The translations under genes and the position numbers were made by a program. From positions 856,304 to 920,303 of the forward strand of contig CAWBQS010000003.1 in NCBI GenBank assembly GCA_963790915.1: a DNA stretch of 64,000 bases. The letters are read 5' to 3'. Shown in pieces: positions 11,062 through 20,502 of the stretch. Under the pieces are notes generated by a model, which was given only the letters and a program-made list of their open reading frames with translations, was not told where the DNA came from and searched no databases. The first letter of the stretch is position 1; each line of letters opens with the position of its first letter. The DNA comes from an uncultured Chloroflexia bacterium (lineage in GTDB: Bacteria; Chloroflexota; Limnocylindria; Limnocylindrales; CSP1-4).

Positions 11062-11538
11062 ACACAAGGGACACATCAGGAGGTCGTCGCGTGGCGGCCT
11101 TGGCTGCTGCGACCAGCCGATGCCCGGCGTCGGCCGTCGCCCCGCATCGGGAAGGGGCTATGCTCACGTCGTCGAGGTCCGGCGGCCGCCGGGTCAGAGC
11201 CCGGTCGCCGCGCTTCGGGACTTCCGGGTGGGGCACCTGCTTGACTGTGGCCGGGCAGATGGTCCCGCCGATCGCAGGACTGACACCAAGGGGACGATGT
11301 CCGATGGAAGCGACAGCCGGTGATCTATCTCTCTCCGGAACGGCTGTCGAGAGCCAGGCGGGGATCGTCAAGGGCTCTCGCCAGGCAAGCCAGCCACCAT
11401 GGCTTCTCAGGACGCGGCCGCGAGGGGGCCGTCGAGGATGGCGCGAAGGACTACCCGTCCCGGACCGCTTGCCGGCTACGTGGCTGGGGTACCCACGGGC
11501 GCGCACATGACGTGGTCTTCCGCAGCACGTGATCGCAC

Positions 11539-12219
11539 GTGACCCGGGTCCTTGTCGTCGACGACGAACCACCCATCATCGAGCTCGTGCGCGGTTACCT
11601 GGAGCGCGAGGGCTGGGAGGTCGCGAGCGCGGCGGACGGCCCGGCCGCGCTGGCCGCAGCCCGAGCCACGCGGCCGGATGTGGTCATCCTCGACGTCATG
11701 CTCCCGGGTCTCGACGGTCTCGAGGTCTGCCGGCAGCTGCGGACATTCTCCGATGCCTACGTGCTCATGCTGACCGCGCGCGGCGAGGAGGTCGACCGCG
11801 TGGTGGGCCTGACCATCGGCGCCGACGACTACCTGGTGAAGCCGTTCTCGCCGCGAGAGCTCGTGGCGCGCATCAAGGCCCTGCTCCGACGCCCGCGCGT
11901 CCCGGCGACGAACGCTGCTGCGGCGCCGGAGTCCGGCCTCGAGGTCGACGAGCCGCGTCGTCTCGTCCGCGTGGACGGCACGCCCGTGGATCTCACAGCC
12001 CTGGAGTTCGATCTGCTCGCCCTTCTCGCGCGCGACCCGGGCATCGTCATGCGGCGTTCGACGCTCCTCGAGCATCTGTGGGGGTCCGAATTCGTCGCGG
12101 ACGACCATCTCGTGGACGTCCACGTCGCGAACCTTCGTCGCAAGCTCGGTGACGACCCCGCGAACCCGCGCTTCATCGAGACCGTGCGCGGCGTCGGCTA
12201 CCGGCTGCGCGAGGAATGA
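11539..12219 (+). CDS. OmpR-family response regulator
   Basis: [37 protein letters not shown]. Confidence 0.93.
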   Translation: MTRVLVVDDEPPIIELVRGYLEREGWEVASAADGPAALAAARATRPDVVILDVMLPGLDGLEVCRQLRTFSDAYVLMLTARGEEVDRVVGLTIGADDYLVKPFSPRELVARIKALLRRPRVPATNAAAAPESGLEVDEPRRLVRVDGTPVDLTALEFDLLALLARDPGIVMRRSTLLEHLWGSEFVADDHLVDVHVANLRRKLGDDPANPRFIETVRGVGYRLREE

Positions 12220-13316
12220 CGGTGCGCCTGCCTCGCTCCATCCGGGCACGCCTGCTGCTCTCGTTCCTCATCGTCATCACCGCCACCCTGGGGACCGTGG
12301 GGGCGGCCGTGCTGCTCGTGGGACCGGGCTACTTCGCGGAGGCCATGGGCCACCTGCCCGGAGACCCCATGGGCCAGGCGATGGATCAGGCCACGCGGGC
12401 CGCCTTCGCTGACGCCATGCGCCAGGCGCTCCTGGGAGCCACGCTCATCGCCGTGGTGACCGCGACGGTCGTCAGCTTTGCCGTCGCGGCGCGCATCGCG
12501 GACCCCATCAGCTCGCTCTCCGCTGCGGCGCGACGCATCGCGGGTGGCCACTATGCCGAGCGTGTCAGCGTCGATGCGACCGATGAGATCGGGGAGCTGG
12601 CCACGTCGTTCAATGAGATGGCCGGATCCCTCGAGACCACCGAGCGCCGTCGGCTCCAGCTCGTGGGGGATGTGGCCCATGAGCTGCGCACGCCGCTCGC
12701 GACCCTCGATGGCTACCTCGAGGGCCTCGAGGACGCCGTCGTCCCGGCGAACGACGAGACCTGGCGGCTGCTACGCACGGAAACGGCCCGACTGACCAGG
12801 CTCGTGGATGACCTGGCCGATCTGTGGCGGGCCGAGGCTCGGGAGGTCCGGCTGCACCTGGGACCGATCGAGACCGTGGCCCTTTGTCGAGAGGTTGTCG
12901 ACCGCTTCACGCCGCTCGCCGCGCCGCGATCTGTACGGCTGGAAGTGGACATCGCGTCCACCCCACGGATCCTGGCCGACCGGGATCGCCTCGCCCAGAT
13001 CCTGTCGAACTACCTGAGCAACGCCATCCGCCATGCGCCCGAGGGATCGGCGGTCAGGCTCGGGGCCCAGGCGGATGAGGGCTGGGTCCGGCTCTCCGTG
13101 AGCGACCAGGGACCCGGCCTAGCGCCTGATCAGCTCGAGGCGGTCTTCGAGCGCTTCTACCGCGTGGATCCGTCCCGCTCGCGGGCACTGGGCGGCTCCG
13201 GCATCGGGCTGGCCATCGCGCGGGCGCTCGCCGAAGCGATGGGCGGACGGGCCTGGGCGGAGAGTGACGGCTTGGGCCACGGGGCGACGTTCTGCGTGGA
13301 GCTGCCCGCCGCCTGA
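12216..13316 (+). CDS. Sensor histidine kinase (CopS/BaeS-like) with Met/His-rich extracellular loop
   Basis: AMGHLPGDPMGQAM loop; DVAHELRTPL; YLSNAIRH; GGSGIGLAI. Confidence 0.92.
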   Translation: MTVRLPRSIRARLLLSFLIVITATLGTVGAAVLLVGPGYFAEAMGHLPGDPMGQAMDQATRAAFADAMRQALLGATLIAVVTATVVSFAVAARIADPISSLSAAARRIAGGHYAERVSVDATDEIGELATSFNEMAGSLETTERRRLQLVGDVAHELRTPLATLDGYLEGLEDAVVPANDETWRLLRTETARLTRLVDDLADLWRAEAREVRLHLGPIETVALCREVVDRFTPLAAPRSVRLEVDIASTPRILADRDRLAQILSNYLSNAIRHAPEGSAVRLGAQADEGWVRLSVSDQGPGLAPDQLEAVFERFYRVDPSRSRALGGSGIGLAIARALAEAMGGRAWAESDGLGHGATFCVELPAA

Positions 13317-13319
13317 CGC

Positions 13320-13358
13320 CTTGACCCAATCTTGAGGAAGCCTCGGGCTCTCCTTCAT
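13320..13358 (+). promoter_or_regulatory. Candidate CopR-like direct repeats
   Basis: CTTGA at 13320 and 13331, CTTCA at 13353 (multiples of 11 bp). Confidence 0.45.
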
Positions 13359-13435
13359 GGACTCCACGATGGTGCTCGGCGGATGCTGGCATCGCCGGCC
13401 TGAACCGGCGGAGAACGCACCGCGAGGGTGTACGG

Positions 13436-13699
13436 ATGATGACGGGCTGGACCATGGGGATCGAGGGTTGGCTCTGGATGGGCGCCTGGATGCTGGTGCT
13501 CGTCATCGTCGTCGCCCTGCTGGTGTGGACGCCACGCCGTCATGCCAGCGAGGAAGCGCCGCTCGACATCCTGCGCAGCCGCCTTGCGCGTGGCGAGATC
13601 AGCACAGACGAGTACGAGCGGGCCAAGGACCTGCTCGAGGAGAGCACCAAGGGGACCAACCCGATGCGTCCCACCAGCGACAGGAAGGCGAACCGATGA
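13436..13699 (+). CDS. SHOCT domain membrane protein
   Basis: TM helix then PLDILRSRLARGEISTDEYE. Confidence 0.85.
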   Translation: MMTGWTMGIEGWLWMGAWMLVLVIVVALLVWTPRRHASEEAPLDILRSRLARGEISTDEYERAKDLLEESTKGTNPMRPTSDRKANR

Positions 13700-14215
13700 C
13701 CACGCCCAGGAGCCAGCCATCCCTCACGCCCGAGCCCGCTCCCCCTGGTGAGGGCCACTCCCCGAAGGCGCTCAACATCGCGTCGCGACGAGCGTCGGAA
13801 CGGAACCTCCGGCGCATCCGCGTCGCGGCGTTCGGGGCCATCGTCGTAGCCGTGCTGGGGGTCGGTGGCTACCTCGCCTTCGGTGACTTCCTCGAGCGAA
13901 CACCGGCGGCCGCAGGCGCCATCAGCGTGCAGTCCTCGATGGCCGGCTTCTCACCAGCGGAGATCAAGGTGAAGGCGGGCGAGACCGTGACCCTCGACTG
14001 GTGGACCGACGATGCGGCGCCCCATCTCGCGGGCGGCGTCCACACGCTCATCAGTCCGGAGCTCGGGCTGCTACGAGGAGCTGCCCGCCGAGGGTCGCCG
14101 TACCGTGGCCTTCCAGGCGCCCACCACCCCCGGCACATACGACATCTACTGCGACACGTGCTGCGGTGGCAAGGACAGCCCCACGATGCACGGCGCGATC
14201 GTGGTGGAAGCCTGA
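13696..14215 (+). CDS. Membrane-anchored cupredoxin-domain protein, frameshift near 14070
   Basis: GFSPAEIKVKAGETV...VHT then GTYDIYCDTCCGGKDSPTMHG. Confidence 0.8.
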
Positions 14216-14218
14216 CCG

Positions 14219-15092
14219 ATGGCGGAGCCCGCCCCGGCCGTGCCATCGAGGGCCGTCGGTCCCTCGACCCAGAGACTGCTCTTCGGACTGCCACGGCCGG
14301 CCCTCGCCCTCGGCGCGCTGCTCGGCGGCGTGGGCCTGGTCGCGGCGGCGTACGTCGCCATGGTGCCCTTCGACACGGCCGCATTCGGCGGCCTGACGGT
14401 GCCCACGGTCCTCGCATCGGGCGTCGCCGACGGCTTCAACCCCTGTGCCTTCGCCCTCCTCGTGCTCTTTGCCACGTACACCCTGACCATGGTCAACGCG
14501 GTCACGTCGGACGGCACGCCGACGCTCGAGGCGCGGCGCCGGCTGCTCGGGGCAGGATCGCTCTACGTGGGAGCGGTGTGGATCACCTACTTCATCATCG
14601 GCCTCGGGCTGATGAGCTTCCTGGGCTGGCTCGGGCAGGACCACCTCGTCGCCCGCGGGGCTTCGATCATCGCCCTGCTGATGGCCCTCTGGATGCTCAA
14701 GGACGTCTTCCTGCCGGGTGTCGGGCCGTCGATGATGGCGCCGGCGGGAACGCACGGGCGGATGCAGAAGGCGATGGAGAAGGGCGGCCTCGGAGGCATG
14801 TTGCTGGCTGGCGTGCTGGTCGGCATCTGCACGGTGCCCTTGCTCGGGGGCCATCTACCTCCAGATCACGGCGGTGCTGCACGCGTCCGGCGGCGGTCTC
14901 ACCGGCCTGGCCCTGCTGGCCCTCTACAACCTGGCCTTCATCGTGCCGCTCGTGCTGCTCCTGCTCATGGTCAGCGACAAGCGGGTGCTTGGTCGGATGG
15001 GTCGCTGGAACCGTGCCAACTCGCCGTGGGTCAAGGCCGGCCTCGCGCTGGCCGTCATCGCCATGAGTCTCGGCCTGATGGTGACGATGTGA
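14219..15092 (+). CDS. CcdA/DsbD-like cytochrome c biogenesis membrane protein, frameshift near 14850
   Basis: ADGFNPCAF and GICTVP; C-terminus YNLAFIVPL in ORF 14874..15092. Confidence 0.8.
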
Positions 15093-15373
15093 CCGCCGAG
15101 CGTCCTCGGACCGCGATCCGCTTCCCGGTCGAAGGCATGACATGCAGCTCGTGTGTCGGGCACATCACTCGGGCGCTCCGCAGGCTCGACGGCGTGCGCG
15201 GCGTCCGGGTCGACCTGGGCCGCGAGCTCGTCACCGTGGAGCACGCACCTGGCACGGTCACTGAGGCCACCATCGCGGAGGCGATCGAAGCAGCCGGCTA
15301 CCATCCGCGGATCAGCGAAGCCGTGAGCGTCGAACCGCGACCCAGCTTCTTCGAACGTCTCCTCGGCCGGTGA
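15089..15373 (+). CDS. Copper chaperone (HMA domain, CopZ-like)
   Basis: VEGMTCSSCVGHI...AIEAAGY; GTG overlaps the upstream stop. Confidence 0.85.
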   Translation: MTAERPRTAIRFPVEGMTCSSCVGHITRALRRLDGVRGVRVDLGRELVTVEHAPGTVTEATIAEAIEAAGYHPRISEAVSVEPRPSFFERLLGR

Positions 15374-15388
15374 GCCGACCGTCGGCTG

Positions 15389-15421
15389 GCACGCCGTCCC
15401 TCCCCCTTTGGGACGGCGTGC
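15389..15421 (+). terminator. GC-rich hairpin after the chaperone gene
   Basis: GCACGCCGTCCC-loop-GGGACGGCGTGC. Confidence 0.5.
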
Positions 15422-15461
15422 GGCCGGCGGGCACGCCCACAGTCACCCGAAAGGACCGACC

Positions 15462-16103
15462 ATGATCAGCCTTCGAGTCGCAGCCGTCGCCACGGCGAGC
15501 GCCGTCGCCTTGGGTGCTGCCACGATCCTGGGCGGAGGGGTGGCGGCACAGAACCCTGCTGACGCCCCGTCCCCGGCGCCGAGCTCCTCGTCCTGCAGAG
15601 CTCCGTCAGCCGGGCCCGGCATGATGGGGTCGAGCCCTGGATCGTCGATGAGCGCGGGCATGATGGACCAAGGCTCGGGCATGGGCCACGACATGATGGG
15701 TGCCACCGCGACCCCCGGCAGCGTGCCGGCGCCATCGCAGGCGGCCACGAGCTCCGGCGCCGCGGTCCGCATCGACGTCACGCTCACCGACGACTTCCGC
15801 ATCGATCCGTGCAGCATGACCGTGAGCGCCGGCGTGCCGGTCACCTTCGTCGTCACCAATGGTGGGGCTATCGCCCACGAGTTCTTCCTCGGAGATGAGG
15901 GCGCACAGGCGGCACACGCCGAGGAGATGCTGTCCATGAATGGGACGCCGATGCACGACGAGCCCGATGGCATCGCCGTCGCCCCTGGCGAGACGAGGGA
16001 GCTCGCACATACGTTCGCGAGCCCAGGCCAGTATCTGGCCGGCTGCCATGTGCCCGGACACTACGCGGCCGGCATGAAGGCGGTCATCGACGTCACTGGC
16101 TGA
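15462..16103 (+). CDS. Secreted cupredoxin (CopI/plastocyanin-like) with Met-rich linker
   Basis: AHEFFLG...HAEEM...GCHVPGHYAAGMKA. Confidence 0.88.
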   Translation: MISLRVAAVATASAVALGAATILGGGVAAQNPADAPSPAPSSSSCRAPSAGPGMMGSSPGSSMSAGMMDQGSGMGHDMMGATATPGSVPAPSQAATSSGAAVRIDVTLTDDFRIDPCSMTVSAGVPVTFVVTNGGAIAHEFFLGDEGAQAAHAEEMLSMNGTPMHDEPDGIAVAPGETRELAHTFASPGQYLAGCHVPGHYAAGMKAVIDVTG

Positions 16104-16190
16104 CTATCGGCAGACCGTGCAGGTGTGAGACAGCCGCAACCGATGGATGGCGCCGTCCGTTGTGGGGGAGAGAAGGCCCGAGCCGCGAAC

Positions 16191-16688
16191 CTACATGGCG
16201 TCAGCAGGCGGCACGATGAAGACGGATACCGTGGTCGTGCCGTCGCCGTTGTCGTGCAGCCAGGCGACACCGCTGGCGCCCGAGTCGTTCAGCTCGCCGA
16301 GACCGATCGGGAGGTCGCTCGTGCCTATCGTCGTGCCGCCGATGTCACCGCAGGCGATGTAAGTGCCCATATCCTCGGCGCTCGCGTGGACATTGATGGC
16401 GTGCTGGCCCGCCGCGATGTCGGCCAGAGCCAGGGGCACGGTCGTGACACTCGCCTCGACCGGGATGGCCGAGGCCTGGCCGACCGTTTCCGCACCCGCT
16501 GATGCGGTGCCGTCGACGTTCATATCGAAGGACACATCCGACAGGCCGACCACGACATCCCCCGGCTCCGGACAGCTGCCGGCGTGGATGTGGGCGGGAT
16601 GCGGCGACATCTGCGCGGAGACGCCGGCGGCCAGTATGAGCGTGGCACCGAGTGCCAGGCTGGATGCGATGCGGAGTTGCTGGTTCAC
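16191..16688 (-). CDS. Secreted His/Cys protein (possible Cu-SOD/CHRD-like fold)
   Basis: Signal peptide; HPAHIHAGSC...HAINVH...YIACGDI; RBS GGAGGAG. Confidence 0.65.
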   Translation of the reverse strand: MNQQLRIASSLALGATLILAAGVSAQMSPHPAHIHAGSCPEPGDVVVGLSDVSFDMNVDGTASAGAETVGQASAIPVEASVTTVPLALADIAAGQHAINVHASAEDMGTYIACGDIGGTTIGTSDLPIGLGELNDSGASGVAWLHDNGDGTTTVSVFIVPPADAM

Positions 16689-18229
16689 GTGGTTCTCCTC
16701 CGGAGGGGCTGCCGTGGACGGTCTGATCGTGCAGGCGGCCGGCAGGTGGCTCGCCGTTCGGCCCCCCTCGGACCGGATGTGGGCGGGAGTCTGAGGCAAG
16801 GAGCTGGCTGATGCAACCGTCGTTCTCCTCGGAAGACGTCGGCCGGACCGGTTCCTGCCTCGCTCGCAACACCTGACAGCCACGTTGACAGCCACGGCAG
16901 TCGCACTCGGTCCCACAGCGGGGGAGAGGGTGGACGAGGGCCGGAACTGGGGCCAACGTGGGGCGCCTCTGAACGCCGCCATGGACGGCACCTGGACGGC
17001 CATTTGATCCTCGTGTCTTGGGTTCGCGCGGTCACGTCCCTAGAGTTGGTGTAACAGCGGAGTGGCCGACACAGGGAACGGCCACCGCGTCATCCTCGCG
17101 TCGTTGGAAGTAAGGGACCGACGACGAAGGAGAGACCACGATGGCCGAGGACAGGATGAGCCTGCTCGAGACGATCCGCAAGGCCGGGGCCGATGGCGAT
17201 GCCGACTTCCTGCGTGAGGGCGTGAAGGCGCTCGCCGAAGCGGTCATGGAGGCCGAGGTGTCCGCGCTCACCGGGGTGGCCCGGGGGGTGCGCGATCCCG
17301 AGCACCGCAGCACCCACCGCAACGGCTACCGCGAACGCCGCTGGGATACCAGGGTGGGCAGCCTCCCGCTGTCCATCCCCCGGGTCCGTGACGGCAGCTA
17401 CTTCCCCTCGCTGCTCGAGCCCCGCCGGCGCGCTGAGCGGGCGCTGCTCGCGGTCGTGCAGGAGGCCTATGTCCTGGGTGTCTCGACGCGCCGGGTCGAG
17501 GATCTCGTCGAGACCCTCGGCATCAGCGGCATCAGCAAGAGCGAGGTCAGCCGCATCTGTGCCGCGCTCGATGCCGAGGTCGAGGCCTTCAGGGGCCGGT
17601 CGCTCGCCGGCGAGGCCTATCCCTACCTCTGGCTGGATGCGACGTATGTCAAGGTCCGCGAGGGTGGCCGGGTCGTGAACATGGCCGCCCTCGTGGCCAC
17701 CGGTGTCGACCAGGACGGCCAGCGTCGCATCCTCGGCCTGGAGCTGGCGGCGGGCAACGACGAGGGTTCGGCCTGGCCGGCCTTCATCGGTGATCTCGTG
17801 GCTCGCGGCCTGTCGGGGGTCAGACTCGTCATCAGTGATGCCCACCCGGGGCTCGTGGCCGCCGTCCACGCCCAGTTCCTCGGCGCCTCGTGGCAGCGCT
17901 GTCGCGTCCACTTCACCCGCAACGCCCAGGATCTCGTCCCCCGCTCGGCCCGGGGCATGGTGGCCACGGTCATCCGCACCATCTTCGAGCAGCCCGACGA
18001 GGCCGCGGCCCGGGAGCAGCTGCGTCGGGCCGTCGATGGCCTGCGGGCTCGGTTCCCGAAGGTCGCCGAGCTGCTCGTCGAGGCGGAGGCTGACATCCTC
18101 GTCCACTTCACCTTCCCCGAGACCCATCGTCCCCGCATCCGCAGCACGAACCCGCTCGAGCGGCTGAACAAGGAGATCCCGGTGTTTGACTGTGCCAGCC
18201 CAAGGGCCGCGGCGGCGGCTCCTAGGATC

Positions 18230-18410
18230 GGGGACTGCGCCGGGGCCTGACTCGAAGGAGATCTCGACGCCACCTTCGAACTGGTGGTCGTCTTCCGTTT
18301 GAAGTGTCGACCCTGGTGCGGTCACCGAAAACCGTGCTGACCTGATGAGAGCGTCGTTTCGTCTCGACTGGGATGTTGTCGCGCGGTTCCGCTCCGCCAC
18401 ACCAGGACTT
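18230..18410 (+). ncRNA. Bridge RNA of the IS110 (boundaries approximate)
   Basis: Target guides AAGGAGATC (18255-63) and CGTTTGA (18296-302); donor guides ATGAGAGCGTC (18345-55) and ACTGGGA (18367-73); enclosing stems visible. Confidence 0.8.
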
Positions 18411-18424
18411 CGGAGGCGAACATC

Positions 18425-19510
18425 ATGGCGACAGCCAACATCGTCGGTATCGACCCACACCGCGAGACGTTCACCGCGACCGCCCTCGACCCACGTGGCG
18501 GCGAGATCGGACAGGCCCACTTCCCCAACACCCGAGAAGGCCACGGCGCCGCAGTGGCGTGGGCTGCGGGGTTCGGGTCGGTCGAGCGGTGGGGCATCGA
18601 GGGCACGGGTGGGCTCGGCCGACCACTCGCCGAGTATCTCGTGGGGGCCGGGTGCGACGTGCGCGATGTCCCCCCGCACAAGACGTCGCTCCGACAGCGC
18701 GGCCGGCACGAGGGCAAGTCCGACCGGCTCGATTCCCACCGGGTCGCGGCAGAGACCCAGACGAACACTCGCTTGGCGCGGGCGTTCAAGTGCGCCGAAC
18801 CAGCACTGCCGAACTCGATCCGTGAGCGCATGGCCCTGTGGCACGGTGCCCGAACGTCCCTGACCAAGATCCGGGTCCAGCTCCTCGGAGAGCTCGATGC
18901 GCTCGTGCACGACCTGCCCGAAGACCTCCGCCGCCAGCTTCCGGCGATGAAGACCGTCAGCGCCCGGGTGAACTCGCTGGGCCGGCTCGACACCGCCGAC
19001 GTCACCGATCCCACGGTGGTACTGCGGCTCCGGCTCATCGAGCACCGCGTGGCGATGCTCCGCGATGTGCTCGAGCAGGACAAGGCCGCGACCGCCGAAC
19101 TCGGCAAGTTGGTCGACGCGACAGGATCGACGCTCACCGAGCTGGTCGGCATCGCGCCACGTGCAGCGGCGGCGATCATCGTCGAGGTCGGCGATATCCG
19201 ACGCTTCAGCGAGGCCGGCTTCGCCCGGTTCAACGGCACCGCACCCATCCCGGCGAGCTCGGGCGAGGGAGGAGGTGGGCCCGTTCGGCATCGCCTCTCG
19301 CGCGGCGGCAATCGACGGCTCAACGCCGCCATCCACCGCATCGCCATGATCCAACTCCGCTTCGAGCCTCGCGCCCGCCGGATCCACGACCAGGCCCGCA
19401 CCAACGGCCACACGGGCCGTGAAGCGATGCGCGTCCTGAAGCGCAACCTCTCGAACGCGATCTACCGGACGATGCTCCGTGACGCTCGACGGGCCGCGGG
19501 CTTGACATGA
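18425..19510 (+). CDS. IS110 recombinase/transposase (DEDD)
   Basis: VGIDPH, WGIEGTG, GKSDRLDS; C-terminal FARFNGTAPIPASSG, RLSRGGNRRLN. Confidence 0.95.
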   Translation: MATANIVGIDPHRETFTATALDPRGGEIGQAHFPNTREGHGAAVAWAAGFGSVERWGIEGTGGLGRPLAEYLVGAGCDVRDVPPHKTSLRQRGRHEGKSDRLDSHRVAAETQTNTRLARAFKCAEPALPNSIRERMALWHGARTSLTKIRVQLLGELDALVHDLPEDLRRQLPAMKTVSARVNSLGRLDTADVTDPTVVLRLRLIEHRVAMLRDVLEQDKAATAELGKLVDATGSTLTELVGIAPRAAAAIIVEVGDIRRFSEAGFARFNGTAPIPASSGEGGGGPVRHRLSRGGNRRLNAAIHRIAMIQLRFEPRARRIHDQARTNGHTGREAMRVLKRNLSNAIYRTMLRDARRAAGLT

Positions 19511-19881
19511 GAGCTTCAAGCGCCGCACCGCGGTGGTGGGCATCTTCCCCACCCGGGCCAGCCTCATCCGCCTGGTGGGCATGGTCCTCACCGAGCAGGA
19601 CGACGAGTGGCAGGACGGGCGCTGCTACTTCCCATCTGAGGCGACGTTTCGACCGCTGGTATTGGTGGTGAGCCGGCTGGGTCGAACCCAATGAGCTGGG
19701 CCTGGGCTCCCAACGGACCCTGGCGTCGCGAGCACTCGACCCGTACCGAGACCCAGAGCTCTGACCCTCTCAGGGGCAGAGTGTCCTCGCCCACCATGTT
19801 AGACATCCGCGTCCGGGATCACTCCAGTTCCCTGATGTCGCATATCGCGTCACTGAAACGCCCGGGTGATTGGCGGTTCCG

Positions 19882-20262
19882 TCACGTGCCTCGCTCGCCC
19901 CGCCGCTCGATGAGGTATCCCGCGAAGTCCAGGACCTCCTTCAGCTCGGCGTCGGTCAGCTTGCTCAGTCGGTCGTCTTCGGAGAACGTGATCGAGAGTT
20001 GCGCCAAGTCCTGAGCGAGCCGCTGCGGCGGGGTGCCCCAGAAGCGCTCGAGCAGGTGGACGAGCGGGATATCCGTGTGGTCGGAGAGGCGGCGTAGGTC
20101 CTCCGGGGTCGGCACGGCGCGTGATGGGCGCGACTCGTCGAGGAACGCGGCGACGTAGCCGGCATCCCGACCCATCGCCAGGCTCAGCTGGCGCATCGAT
20201 AGGCCGGTTCGGTCGAGGACCTCCCTCATCTCGGCGCGGACCTGCTCGACGGTGGGCTGCAC
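19882..20262 (-). CDS. XRE-like HTH regulator (putative island repressor)
   Basis: GLSMRQLSLAMGRDAGYVAAFLDE...PTPEDLRRLS; divergent from the recombinase. Confidence 0.7.
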   Translation of the reverse strand: MQPTVEQVRAEMREVLDRTGLSMRQLSLAMGRDAGYVAAFLDESRPSRAVPTPEDLRRLSDHTDIPLVHLLERFWGTPPQRLAQDLAQLSITFSEDDRLSKLTDAELKEVLDFAGYLIERRGERGT

Positions 20263-20298
20263 GGGCCCATGGTAGCCCCGCGATTCCGCACCGGTCTG

Positions 20299-20326
20299 TA
20301 GTCAAATGCGACATCTGCTGTATAAT
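20299..20326 (+). promoter_or_regulatory. Sigma70-type promoter for the recombinase
   Basis: TAGTCA-16bp-TATAAT; perfect -10 in a very GC-rich context. Confidence 0.55.
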
Positions 20327-20502
20327 AGCCACAGGATGGTAGGCGGTTCGATGTGCGGTTCGACCCGGACGAGCCCCGATGCCACGGGGCGGCGGAGCTG
20401 TCCGACGCGCTGCTCGTCGCCCTCCTCGACCTCGCCCTCTCGGCCGAGCGTCCGACCGAAGACCGAGCTCCGCCGAGTCGGCCGACGAGGAGACCACGCC
20501 GG

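Larger units (their letters stand above)
18179..19517 (+). mobile_element. IS110-family element with TC core
   Basis: Removing 18179-19517 restores GAG ATC AAG CGC (EIKR); TC at both junctions (18177-78, 19516-17); no TIR or longer TSD. Confidence 0.92.
17031..19640 (+). mobile_element. IS256-family element, interrupted by IS110, right end apparently missing
   Basis: Left end GTCACGTCCCTAGAGTTGGTGTAA; transposase split at 18178/19518; no matching right IR seen. Confidence 0.85.
17141..19640 (+). pseudogene. IS256 transposase disrupted by IS110 (segments 17141-18178 and 19518 to about 19640)
   Basis: RNGYRER, YLWLDATY, ISDAHPGL, WQRCRVHF, STNPLERLNKEI | KRRTAVVGIFP...EWQDGRCYF. Confidence 0.9.

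Noticed and set aside
14219-15373. CcdA-HMA fusion protein
   Set aside because: Artefact of a frameshift near 14850; the HMA gene has its own GTG overlapping the CcdA stop
17090-19591. 833-aa minus-strand ORF and other long antisense ORFs (e.g. 27125..29470, 44619..46808)
   Set aside because: Shadow frames of real genes in high-GC DNA; no recognisable domains
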